Shown: piece after piece, positions 1 to 12,714 of the stretch
How positions within the stretch are numbered: position 1 is the stretch's first letter
How the letters are laid out: the number at the start of each line of letters is the position of its first letter
Source: Escherichia coli
GTDB lineage: Bacteria; Pseudomonadota; Gammaproteobacteria; Enterobacterales; Enterobacteriaceae
DNA length: 64,000 nucleotides
Assembly: GCF_003334405.1 (NCBI RefSeq)
Contig: NZ_QOWM01000010.1
Direction: 5' to 3' (one strand)
Notes under the pieces: generated by a model
Told to the model about the DNA's origin: nothing
Databases searched by the model: none
What the model saw: only the letters and a program-made list of their open reading frames with translations
Made by a program: the position numbers and the translations under genes

Positions 1-78
1 TTGACCGCCTGCGCCTGTGCTCGAAAACGCCAGAATGTACTGGCTGTACGCAATAATTGCAACTGCGATTGTTGTGCT

Positions 79-456
79 TCAGTGCTTTTCTTGCTTTTCA
101 TCAATCACCGGAATTCGCCACATATAGAAAAGCAAACAGGCGAGAATTACCAGCAACATGATGCGCACCCATGGCATCTGGACGAACCACAGAGAAATGG
201 CAAACGTGAGCAAAATAAGCAAAATCGCCCGCGGTTTGACGCCGCGCGGCATCGCATGATGTTTCTGCCAGAAACGTAGATAGCTGCCAAACCATGAGCG
301 GTACAGCAACCAGGCGTGAAAGCGCGGGGAAGAACGGGCAAAGCACCAGGCCGCCAGCAGGATAAACGGCGTCGTCGGTAATACCGGTAATACCACGCCC
401 AGCGTACCCAGCACTACCGCCAGCCAGCCAATGATGATTAAAATGATTCGTTGCAT
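79..456 (-). CDS. ybaN: Inner membrane protein YbaN (DUF454 family)
   Basis: 125-aa ORF, hydrophobic with several predicted TM helices; length and sequence match YbaN as I remember it; sits next to priC as in E. coli. Confidence 0.9.
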   Translation of the reverse strand: MQRIILIIIGWLAVVLGTLGVVLPVLPTTPFILLAAWCFARSSPRFHAWLLYRSWFGSYLRFWQKHHAMPRGVKPRAILLILLTFAISLWFVQMPWVRIMLLVILACLLFYMWRIPVIDEKQEKH

Positions 457-525
457 ATTGAGTGTTGTCAGCTTACAGAGTGGCTACTTTAGCATAACAA
501 TTATCATTTTCATTGAGGTCTTATC

Positions 526-1053
526 GTGAAAACCGCCCTGCTGCTGGAAAAACTGGAAGGACAGCTCGCTACGCTGCGTCAGCGTTGTGCCCCGGTGTCA
601 CAGTTCGCCACGCTAAGTGCTCGTTTCGACAGGCATCTTTTTCAGACTCGTGCGACAACACTACAGGCTTGTCTCGACGAGGCGGGCGATAATCTGGCTG
701 CGCTTCGTCATGCAGTTGAGCAGCAACAGCTGCCGCAAGTGGCCTGGCTGGCGGAACATCTGGCGGCACAACTGGAAGCCATCGCGCGTGAAGCCTCCGC
801 CTGGTCATTGCGCGAGTGGGACAGTGCACCACCGAAAATTGCCCGCTGGCAGCGTAAACGTATTCAGCATCAGGATTTTGAGCGGCGGCTACGTGAGATG
901 GTTGCCGAACGCAGAGCCCGTCTGGCGCGGGTGACCGATCTCGTGGAACAGCAAACGCTGCATCGTGAAGTGGAAGCCTATGAAGCGCGCCTGGCACGCT
1001 GCCGCCATGCGCTGGAAAAAATCGAAAACAGGTTAGCGCGTTTAACCCGCTAG
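526..1053 (+). CDS. priC: Primosomal replication protein N-double-prime (PriC)
   Basis: 175-aa ORF, Arg/Leu-rich helical protein; matches PriC in length and sequence; conserved position. Confidence 0.9.
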
Positions 1054-1066
1054 CAATGGAGAGAAT

Positions 1067-1228
1067 ATGTCACTGGAAAATGCCCCTGACGATGTCAAAC
1101 TGGCTGTCGATTTGATTGTGCTGCTGGAGGAAAATCAGATCCCTGCCAGTACCGTGCTGCGCGCGCTGGATATTGTAAAGCGTGATTATGAAAAGAAATT
1201 AACGCGCGATGATGAGGCGGAAAAGTGA
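1067..1228 (+). CDS. ybaM: Small protein YbaM (DUF2496)
   Basis: 53-codon ORF ([26 protein letters not shown]...) starting 13 nt after the priC stop; read directly from the sequence, below the size cut-off of the ORF track. Confidence 0.8.
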
Positions 1229-1280
1229 GAAATAAATGGGGTCGCTAAATGTCCCCTAAGGTTGCGGGCAAACGCAAAAC

Positions 1281-1380
1281 TGCCTGATGCGCTACGCTTA
1301 TCAGGCCTACACCGCTCCTGCAATATATTGAATTCTTGCGGTTTCGTAGGCCGGATAAGGCGGTCACGCCGCATCCGGCA
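1281..1380. repeat. BIME: two REP palindromic units in inverted orientation
   Basis: tgcctgatgcgctacgcttatcaggcctac ... gtaggccggataaggcggtcacgccgcatccggca; canonical REP sequences between convergent ybaM and mscK. Confidence 0.85.
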
Positions 1381-1439
1381 TGAACAACGCGCACTTTGTT
1401 AGCAATCTCGGGGCAACTAAATGTTGCCCCCTTTCGTTT

Positions 1440-4400
1440 TTACCCTACCGCTGGCGTCGGGTCATCGCCTTTGTAGTCGCGTTTTACTTCCGTCACCTCA
1501 TCGCCCTTCTCGTTGTGCAGATGCACTTCAAGCTGGTTAAAGGCAATGTTGATGTCGTTTTCACGGCACAGCTGATCGATAGTACGGTTCAGCTCATCGA
1601 CAGTACGACTACGGTCACGCAGTTCACGCACATACAGACGCAGCTCATGATCCAACGTGCTGGCACCAAATGCCGTAAAGAAGACTTCCGGCATTGGTTC
1701 GTGCATCACCCTTGGGTGCTCAGTCGCCGCCTTCAGTAACACTTTACGCACTTTTTCCAGATCGGAGCCATAGGCCACGCCGAGACGGATCACCAGACGC
1801 GTAGTAGTGTCAGTCAACGACCAGTTGATCAGACGCTCGGTAACAAACGCTTTGTTCGGGATGATCACTTCTTTGCGATCGAAATCGGTAATCGTTGTCG
1901 CACGAATACGGATCTTACTTACCGTCCCCGAGAAGCTACCAATGGTTACCGTATCGCCAATACGCACCGGACGTTCGAATAGAATGATCAAACCGGAGAC
2001 GAAGTTACCGAAAATTTCTTGTAAACCAAAACCAAGACCTACGGATAATGCTGCGGCCAGCCACTGGAGTTTATCCCAAGAGACGCCCAGCGATCCGAAC
2101 ACCGTCATCGCACCAACAGCAATAATGATGTAGTTAAGGATGGTAGTAATGGCATACGACGCGCCCTGGCGCATATTCAGTCGCGAGAGCACCAGCACTT
2201 CCAGTAAACCAGGCAGGTTGCGAATCAACGCCCAGGCCACCATTGAGGCGATAATCGCAAACAACAGACTGCCCATGGTGACGTTTTTCACCACCGCAGC
2301 GCCAGCTTCAGTGCCGTTGTAATGCCAGAGCGTGATGCTGTCGAGATAGCTGAACACGGTGATCAAATCGGACCAAATTGCCCAGAACATGACACCGAAC
2401 AGCGCAAACATCAGCAACATGGTAATACGCAGCGTCTGCTGGTTAACTTGCTCCAGTGCAATGGTGGGTTCTTCCGGCGGTTCAGCACCTTCTGCGCCCT
2501 CTTTCACCAGATTCTGCCGACGCGCCAGCGCACGACGCCAGGCGATACGCCGCGCCGCTACGCTTAAGCCACGCAGTACCGTCTGGTACAGCAGGTTCCA
2601 GATGATCACCAGATAAACGGTTTCAATCCAGCGTCCTGCCAGACGCAGCGTAGTGTAGAAGTAGCCTGTAGCAGTCAGCACCATCAGCGCAATCGGGATT
2701 ATCGACAGCACGGTAATGGTGACCAGTCGCATGGTGTGCGACTCTTTATCACGCCAGCTTTCGCGGCACATCGGCCATACCAGGAAGGCAATCAGCAGCA
2801 GGTTGAAGAAAATCATCGCTTGCCCCAGCACATCATCCATCAGATGCAGCGGGGAAAGTTCTGCCACCACAGACCAGAAATGGATAGGCAGCAATGCGAG
2901 ACTGATGCGGACAATTTGCCGACGCCAGTGGCTGGTCTGCTGTTCCGGCATGCCGAAGTGACGTACGGCAACGCCGTTTTTCTCCAGTACCTTCCAGCAC
3001 AGGCCAAACACCAGCCAGAATATCGCCAGTTTTTTGCTGAACGACCATAGCAGTTCGCTGATGTTGAGCTGCATGGTCAACAGAATCAGGCCAACCGCGA
3101 GAATAATCAGGCACACCGGCAGCGCACGGATCAGGTCGATAAGGATCGCTTTTGGTGTGTTGAGCTGGCTGTCGTTACGCAGGGAACCCACAGCGGAAGC
3201 CAGTTTTTGTTGATACGCTTTCAGCCAGCCCAGACGCCAGTGGATCAGCCCGGCAATCAACAGCAGCGGCAAACCAGCGAGGAAAGCGATAAAAACGGCG
3301 GGCCAGGCTTTTTGCCAGTTCACCGTGATTTTCATCGACTTAAATTCATCTTTCAGGCTTTGCGGGAACGCTTTGATCCAGTCCCAGTCCATTGGACGGT
3401 TACTGTTCACCCAAAAGATTTGCTGAGTCAGGATGGATTTCAGGTTTTTCGACACACTCATTAACTGCTGCTGGTTGATTTGCAGGTTAATGGCCATCAT
3501 CAGCTGGTTACCCAACTGTTTGTTGAGTTGATCCAGCAATTCGCGACGCATATCAACCACTTGCAATAACGCATCGTGAACTTCGCTGTTGACTTCGTTG
3601 GTGTGACCTTCTTCCAGTTTGTTGACGAACGCATCGCTCTGGAAGAGTGCATCACGCTGCTGGTTAACTTCAAACTGTTCGAGACGCAAATCCGCGATGC
3701 GGTTGGTCATGTTTTCCAGTTCATCCGCCGAGGGCAGCGTTTGTTGTTGCTGGTAAAGGATACGAGACAACAGCAGGCTGCCCTTCAGGACGGCAATCTG
3801 CTCTTTAATATTGCGTTCCGATTGCAGCGCCCGCTCCAGCCAGTTTTTGACTTTAATGTTTTGCTGCATCAACTGATTACCGTTTTCAGTCGCGGTAATC
3901 AGACGCTGACTTAACTGCTGGTTAATTTCCAGTTCCTGCTTCACCAGCGGATTAGCCTGAATACGCGCGGCTTCATCCGGGGAGACGGCTTCCTGCGCCG
4001 TTTTTTCGGTTAAAGTCAGGCGCTTGCTGTTTACCGCTTCTTGCAACAGTTGTAACTGGTGCTCCAGACGAGCGCTGTTCGCCGTCACGTAATCACGTTG
4101 CTTTTGCAAGGTATCCTGCAAGACGGTGTTCCCTTCCAGGCTTTTACGCTGCTGGTCAATCTCCGCATTCAGCAACGCCTGCTGGGCCTGCATTAACACT
4201 TTCTGGCTGGGACGTAAGGCTGTCTCGCCGACATCAGTCCCATCCAGACGACTGCGAATTTGTTGCAGCTGCTGCGAAGCGTTATACATCGCATTTTGCA
4301 CGCGTTCGGGCTGCGTCTGTAACGAAACCAGCTGGCTGTTATAAGACGCCAGATCGTTTTGTGCGTTTTGCAAATCGTCCAGCGCCTGGGCAACGCGAGT

Positions 4401-4802
4401 TTCCAGCTGGCGCAACGACAGCGTGCTCAGAATTTTGCGCGTTTCTTCGTCGTTATCGACATCGCTAAGTGCTGTTAACGCCGCGGTCGCCTGGCGCATT
4501 TTTTCCGGCGCTTCAGCGACTTTTTGCCGTAGCTGAACTGTCTCTTCTTTTATGCGATCGATTTTATCGAGGGTGGCTAATGTATCTGTCAGATCCTGCT
4601 GCACCAGTTTGTCCTGAGCAGAAAGATCTTTTTGTTTATTTAGTGAGTCAAGTTGCGCCTGCAGGTCCGCTTTTGTCGGCAGATCACCATTCGATGACGC
4701 CCGCGCAAACGCCGTGTTCTGGCATAACAAGACAAAAACAAAAGCAATAAATGCTGAAAAAACAAAATGCCGTGATCGTTTGTAATACTGGAACATAGTC
4801 AT
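1440..4802 (-). CDS. mscK: Potassium-dependent mechanosensitive channel MscK (KefA)
   Basis: 1120-aa ORF with signal peptide, long coiled-coil periplasmic region, multiple TM helices and a C-terminal MscS-like domain. Confidence 0.95.
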   Translation of the reverse strand: MTMFQYYKRSRHFVFSAFIAFVFVLLCQNTAFARASSNGDLPTKADLQAQLDSLNKQKDLSAQDKLVQQDLTDTLATLDKIDRIKEETVQLRQKVAEAPEKMRQATAALTALSDVDNDEETRKILSTLSLRQLETRVAQALDDLQNAQNDLASYNSQLVSLQTQPERVQNAMYNASQQLQQIRSRLDGTDVGETALRPSQKVLMQAQQALLNAEIDQQRKSLEGNTVLQDTLQKQRDYVTANSARLEHQLQLLQEAVNSKRLTLTEKTAQEAVSPDEAARIQANPLVKQELEINQQLSQRLITATENGNQLMQQNIKVKNWLERALQSERNIKEQIAVLKGSLLLSRILYQQQQTLPSADELENMTNRIADLRLEQFEVNQQRDALFQSDAFVNKLEEGHTNEVNSEVHDALLQVVDMRRELLDQLNKQLGNQLMMAINLQINQQQLMSVSKNLKSILTQQIFWVNSNRPMDWDWIKAFPQSLKDEFKSMKITVNWQKAWPAVFIAFLAGLPLLLIAGLIHWRLGWLKAYQQKLASAVGSLRNDSQLNTPKAILIDLIRALPVCLIILAVGLILLTMQLNISELLWSFSKKLAIFWLVFGLCWKVLEKNGVAVRHFGMPEQQTSHWRRQIVRISLALLPIHFWSVVAELSPLHLMDDVLGQAMIFFNLLLIAFLVWPMCRESWRDKESHTMRLVTITVLSIIPIALMVLTATGYFYTTLRLAGRWIETVYLVIIWNLLYQTVLRGLSVAARRIAWRRALARRQNLVKEGAEGAEPPEEPTIALEQVNQQTLRITMLLMFALFGVMFWAIWSDLITVFSYLDSITLWHYNGTEAGAAVVKNVTMGSLLFAIIASMVAWALIRNLPGLLEVLVLSRLNMRQGASYAITTILNYIIIAVGAMTVFGSLGVSWDKLQWLAAALSVGLGFGLQEIFGNFVSGLIILFERPVRIGDTVTIGSFSGTVSKIRIRATTITDFDRKEVIIPNKAFVTERLINWSLTDTTTRLVIRLGVAYGSDLEKVRKVLLKAATEHPRVMHEPMPEVFFTAFGASTLDHELRLYVRELRDRSRTVDELNRTIDQLCRENDINIAFNQLEVHLHNEKGDEVTEVKRDYKGDDPTPAVG

Positions 4803-4929
4803 GATGAATGAAGGTTTCTGAACCTGAAGAACGACCTGAAAAAGTCAAACCGCAAGAATATCACGACGCAGTGAACCAGAATAGCAACGACGAAAATGTC
4901 CAGGAAAAATCCTGGAGTCAGATTCAGGG

Positions 4930-5577
4930 TTATTCGTTAGTGGCAGGATTACGAAGCGTGGGGCACAGGAGATACATCTCCAGTAAGATGGCAACGTAAT
5001 CGCGGGCTTCTTTTTTAAGATCAAAAGATTGCGGGGCAAAGAGCCAGTTTTCCATCAGGCCGGAAATATAGCCGCGCATAATAATTGCTGCGCGACGCGT
5101 CATTAAATCCGCAGGCAACATTTTCGCTTCAATACAATGTTTTAACGTTTGTTCTATACGGTCATAACTTTCCAGACAGAGATTACGTTGTGCCTGTTGC
5201 ACAACAGCCATTTCTCCGACAAATTCGCATTTGTGGAATATAATCTCCATCAATAATCGACGCCGTTCTTCTGTCACCGTGGATTCAAGAACATGAATTA
5301 ATATCTCTCTTAATACTGAGAGTGGATCGCCAGGGAATTTTGCCTGATACTCAAGCTCTAGTTCACCAATATTGGATTCTGACAGTTCCCAGATCTCACT
5401 GAACAAATCCGACTTGTCTTTAAAATGCCAGTAGATTGCACCGCGCGTAACGCCAGCTGCTTTTGCAATCTCGCCCAGCGAGGTGGATGATACCCCCTGC
5501 TGTGAGAAAAGACGTAGAGCCACATCGAGGATGTGTTGGCGCGTTTCTTGCGCTTCTTGTTTGGTTTTTCGTGCCAT
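4930..5577 (-). CDS. acrR: TetR-family repressor AcrR
   Basis: 215-aa ORF with N-terminal TetR helix-turn-helix; divergent from acrAB. Confidence 0.95.
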
Positions 5578-5605
5578 ATGTTCGTGAATTTACAGGCGTT
5601 AGATT

Positions 5606-5629
5606 TACATACATTTGTGAATGTATGTA
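5606..5629. promoter_or_regulatory. AcrR operator: 24-bp near-perfect inverted repeat in the acrR/acrA divergent promoter region
   Basis: tacatacatttgtgaatgtatgta seen directly; lies between the acrR start (5577) and the acrA start (5719). Confidence 0.8.
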
Positions 5630-5718
5630 CCATAGCACGACGATAATATAAACGCAGCAATGGGTTTATTAACTTTTGACCATTGACCAATTTGAAATCG
5701 GACACTCGAGGTTTACAT

Positions 5719-6912
5719 ATGAACAAAAACAGAGGGTTTACGCCTCTGGCGGTCGTTCTGATGCTCTCAGGCAGCTTAGCCCTAACAGGATGTGACGACA
5801 AACAGGCCCAACAAGGTGGCCAGCAGATGCCCGCCGTTGGCGTAGTAACAGTCAAAACTGAACCTCTGCAGATCACAACCGAGCTTCCGGGTCGCACCAG
5901 TGCCTACCGGATCGCAGAAGTTCGTCCTCAAGTTAGCGGGATTATCCTGAAGCGTAATTTCAAAGAAGGTAGCGACATCGAAGCAGGTGTCTCTCTCTAT
6001 CAGATTGATCCTGCGACCTATCAGGCGACATACGACAGTGCGAAAGGTGATCTGGCGAAAGCCCAGGCTGCAGCCAATATCGCGCAATTGACGGTGAATC
6101 GTTATCAGAAACTGCTCGGTACTCAGTACATCAGTAAGCAAGAGTACGATCAGGCTCTGGCTGATGCGCAACAGGCGAATGCTGCGGTAACTGCGGCGAA
6201 AGCTGCCGTTGAAACTGCGCGGATCAATCTGGCTTACACCAAAGTCACCTCTCCGATTAGCGGTCGCATTGGTAAGTCGAACGTGACGGAAGGCGCATTG
6301 GTACAGAACGGTCAGGCGACTGCGCTGGCAACCGTGCAGCAACTTGATCCGATCTACGTTGATGTGACCCAGTCCAGCAACGACTTCCTGCGCCTGAAAC
6401 AGGAACTGGCGAATGGCACGCTGAAACAAGAGAACGGCAAAGCCAAAGTGTCACTGATCACCAGTGACGGCATTAAGTTCCCGCAGGACGGTACGCTGGA
6501 ATTCTCTGACGTTACCGTTGATCAGACCACTGGGTCTATCACCCTACGCGCTATCTTCCCGAACCCGGATCACACTCTGCTGCCGGGTATGTTCGTGCGC
6601 GCACGTCTGGAAGAAGGGCTTAATCCAAACGCTATTTTAGTCCCGCAACAGGGCGTAACCCGTACGCCGCGTGGCGATGCCACCGTACTGGTAGTTGGCG
6701 CGGATGACAAAGTGGAAACCCGTCCGATCGTTGCAAGCCAGGCTATTGGCGATAAGTGGCTGGTGACAGAAGGTCTGAAAGCAGGCGATCGCGTAGTAAT
6801 AAGTGGGCTGCAGAAAGTGCGTCCTGGTGTCCAGGTAAAAGCACAAGAAGTTACCGCTGATAATAACCAGCAAGCCGCAAGCGGTGCTCAGCCTGAACAG
6901 TCCAAGTCTTAA
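5719..6912 (+). CDS. acrA: Multidrug efflux periplasmic adaptor AcrA
   Basis: ORF 5683..6912; start at internal ATG (MNKNRGFTPLAVVLMLSGSLALTGC lipoprotein signal with lipobox) giving 397 aa; membrane-fusion-protein family. Confidence 0.95.
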   Translation: MNKNRGFTPLAVVLMLSGSLALTGCDDKQAQQGGQQMPAVGVVTVKTEPLQITTELPGRTSAYRIAEVRPQVSGIILKRNFKEGSDIEAGVSLYQIDPATYQATYDSAKGDLAKAQAAANIAQLTVNRYQKLLGTQYISKQEYDQALADAQQANAAVTAAKAAVETARINLAYTKVTSPISGRIGKSNVTEGALVQNGQATALATVQQLDPIYVDVTQSSNDFLRLKQELANGTLKQENGKAKVSLITSDGIKFPQDGTLEFSDVTVDQTTGSITLRAIFPNPDHTLLPGMFVRARLEEGLNPNAILVPQQGVTRTPRGDATVLVVGADDKVETRPIVASQAIGDKWLVTEGLKAGDRVVISGLQKVRPGVQVKAQEVTADNNQQAASGAQPEQSKS

Positions 6913-6931
6913 CTTAAACAGGAGCCGTTAA

Positions 6932-10084
<3,153 letters not shown>

Positions 10085-10102
10085 TACAACGTGTAATCAC
10101 TA

Positions 10103-10127
10103 AGGCCGCGTAAGCGGCCTTTTTTAT
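10103..10127 (+). terminator. Rho-independent terminator downstream of acrB
   Basis: GC-rich hairpin aaggccgc-gtaa-gcggcctt followed by a T-tract (tttttat) immediately after the acrB stop. Confidence 0.75.
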
Positions 10128-10629
10128 GCATAACCTACGAACATTAAGGAGTAATTGAACCACCAACTCAGGATCTCATACGAAAACCAGTATTAACCAC
10201 GGATAAAATTCATAAAAAATACTGATTGTTAGTTAATTTATATTAAGTAGCGCTAATAGATTTAATAATCCATAATCATTTAGAGGCTATTCTTAATTAT
10301 TTGCGGTAATTCTTTATTCATTCCTCGGTTATTACGTCATATTCAGAGCAATCCTGGTATTAGTGTCACCAATTTCATCTGGCGATAATCCTGAAATGTT
10401 ATGAATAGTTCGAGCAAACTGCTTTTACCTGCTGCGGGTTAGTGCTAGTATGAAAAAGTGAGTCCTGTCCCGCTTCCTTCCTAATTGTAATTTTTCGTAA
10501 TAATGCGATGAAAACCTGCAAAGAGTGGCTTATAGTTAAGCTAACAAACGAGAGGGCAAGTCCAGGTCAGTAAGTTTTTTCCATCCCGAAAGGTGTCCGT
10601 TAGTTCAACCGCTAAGAAGGGGACGCGTT

Positions 10630-11004
10630 ATGGATGAATACTCACCCAAAAGACATGATATCGCACAGCTTAAGTTTCTCTGTGAAACCCTGTATCATGA
10701 CTGCCTTGCAAACCTTGAAGAAAGCAATCATGGCTGGGTAAACGACCCAACCTCGGCGATCAACCTCCAGTTGAATGAACTGATTGAGCATATTGCGACC
10801 TTCGCACTTAATTACAAAATTAAGTATAATGAAGACAATAAGCTCATTGAGCAGATCGACGAATATCTGGATGACACCTTTATGTTGTTCAGTAGTTATG
10901 GTATTAATATGCAGGATCTTCAGAAATGGCGGAAGTCAGGTAATCGACTATTCCGTTGTTTTGTCAATGCGACGAAAGAGAATCCTGCGAGTTTATCTTG
11001 TTAG
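10630..11004 (+). CDS. tomB: Hha toxicity modulator TomB (YbaJ)
   Basis: 124-aa ORF ([25 protein letters not shown]...) directly upstream of hha. Confidence 0.92.
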
Positions 11005-11029
11005 AATTATTACAACCATAGGTAGAAGT

Positions 11030-11248
11030 ATGTCCGAAAAACCTTTAACGAAAACCGATTATTTAATGCGTTTACGTCGTTGCCAGACAATTGACACGCT
11101 GGAGCGTGTTATCGAGAAAAATAAATACGAATTATCAGATAATGAACTGGCGGTATTTTACTCAGCCGCAGATCACCGCCTCGCCGAATTGACCATGAAT
11201 AAACTGTACGACAAGATCCCTTCCTCAGTATGGAAATTTATTCGCTAA
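11030..11248 (+). CDS. hha: Haemolysin expression modulator Hha (H-NS co-regulator)
   Basis: 72-aa protein [35 protein letters not shown]... starting at an internal ATG of ORF 10784..11248; 25 nt downstream of tomB. Confidence 0.93.
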
Positions 11249-11419
11249 TAAATAATTCGCTTTCGGAGCTATAACCGGCTGTTTATTAAGAATTTTATAC
11301 TTTTTCGCCATGAAGACATACCCTATGTGATCTTTATCACACAGATGTAATGGGAACGTTCTCTTCACTGACTTTTCGTCTTACTGTGTTGCCGCATTTT
11401 CAGCAACCGGAGGTCAGTA

Positions 11420-11971
11420 ATGAGCACAGAAAAAGAAAAGATGATTGCTGGTGAGTTGTATCGCTCGGCAGATGAGACGTTATCTCGCGATCGCCTGCGC
11501 GCTCGTCAGCTTATTCACCGATACAATCATTCCCTGGCGGAAGAGCACACATTACGCCAGCAAATTCTCGCTGATCTATTCGGTCAGGTGACAGAGGCTT
11601 ATATTGAGCCAACGTTTCGCTGTGACTATGGCTATAACATTTTTCTCGGTAATAATTTTTTCGCCAACTTCGATTGCGTGATGCTTGATGTCTGCCCTAT
11701 TCGCATCGGTGATAACTGTATGTTGGCACCAGGCGTTCATATCTACACGGCAACACATCCCATCGACCCTGTAGCACGTAATAGCGGTGCTGAACTGGGG
11801 AAACCCGTCACCATCGGTAATAACGTCTGGATTGGCGGACGCGCGGTCATTAACCCTGGTGTGACCATTGGTGATAACGTCGTGGTAGCCTCAGGTGCAG
11901 TTGTCACAAAAGATGTCCCGGACAACGTTGTCGTGGGCGGTAATCCAGCCAGAATAATTAAAAAATTGTAA
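11420..11971 (+). CDS. maa: Maltose O-acetyltransferase (hexapeptide-repeat acyltransferase)
   Basis: 183-aa ORF with left-handed beta-helix hexapeptide repeats ([40 protein letters not shown]). Confidence 0.93.
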
Positions 11972-12086
11972 TCGGTTTTTCGCAACTGTTATGCAAAATT
12001 GTGGTAGATCTGTTACTTCCCCTCTACTATTCCCACGTTAAAATAGGGTGTTCCCTGGAAAGTTGCAGATACCACGAAGGCAAACG

Positions 12087-12557
12087 ATGACCGAAATACA
12101 ACGCCTGCTGACCGAAACGATTGAGTCTCTGAATACCCGCGAAAAACGCGACAACAAACCCCGCTTTAGTATCAGTTTTATCCGTAAACATCCGGGGCTG
12201 TTTATCGGTATGTACGTTGCTTTTTTTGCCACCCTGGCGGTGATGTTGCAGTCCGAAACGCTGTCAGGCTCTGTCTGGCTACTGGTTGTATTATTTATCC
12301 TGCTTAATGGTTTCTTCTTTTTCGATGTCTACCCACGCTACCGCTATGAAGATATCGACGTGCTGGATTTCCGCGTTTGCTATAACGGCGAATGGTACAA
12401 CACGCGCTTTGTACCTGCCGCGCTGGTTGAAGCCATCTTGAACTCTCCGCGTGTCGCGGATGTTCATAAGGAACAACTGCAAAAAATGATCGTCCGTAAA
12501 GGTGAACTGTCTTTTTACGATATTTTTACCCTCGCTCGCGCCGAATCAACATCTTAA
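12087..12557 (+). CDS. ylaC: Inner membrane protein YlaC (DUF1449)
   Basis: ORF 12048..12557; internal start MTEIQRLL gives 156 aa; two hydrophobic helices. Confidence 0.85.
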
Positions 12558-12714
12558 GTTAGGGTTACATACCAGGCGTAAAGCTCTGCGCCTGGTCAAA
12601 TGACAATGATCGTTTCCACCCATCACTTCATGAAATACCAGCTCTACCTCCTTATCTCCAGCCAGCCTTTTTCCACAATCAGATATACTTTCCCTACACT
12701 GTGTTAATAAGGAT

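Noticed and set aside
1-279. 92-aa Cys-rich ORF at the window start
   Set aside because: Antisense to ybaN and truncated by the window edge; no support as a gene.
10128-10629. AT-rich tomB upstream region as a horizontally acquired remnant
   Set aside because: It has no flanking direct repeats, no ORF fragments and no integrase; it is more simply explained as an H-NS-targeted regulatory leader (kept as a low-interest finding).
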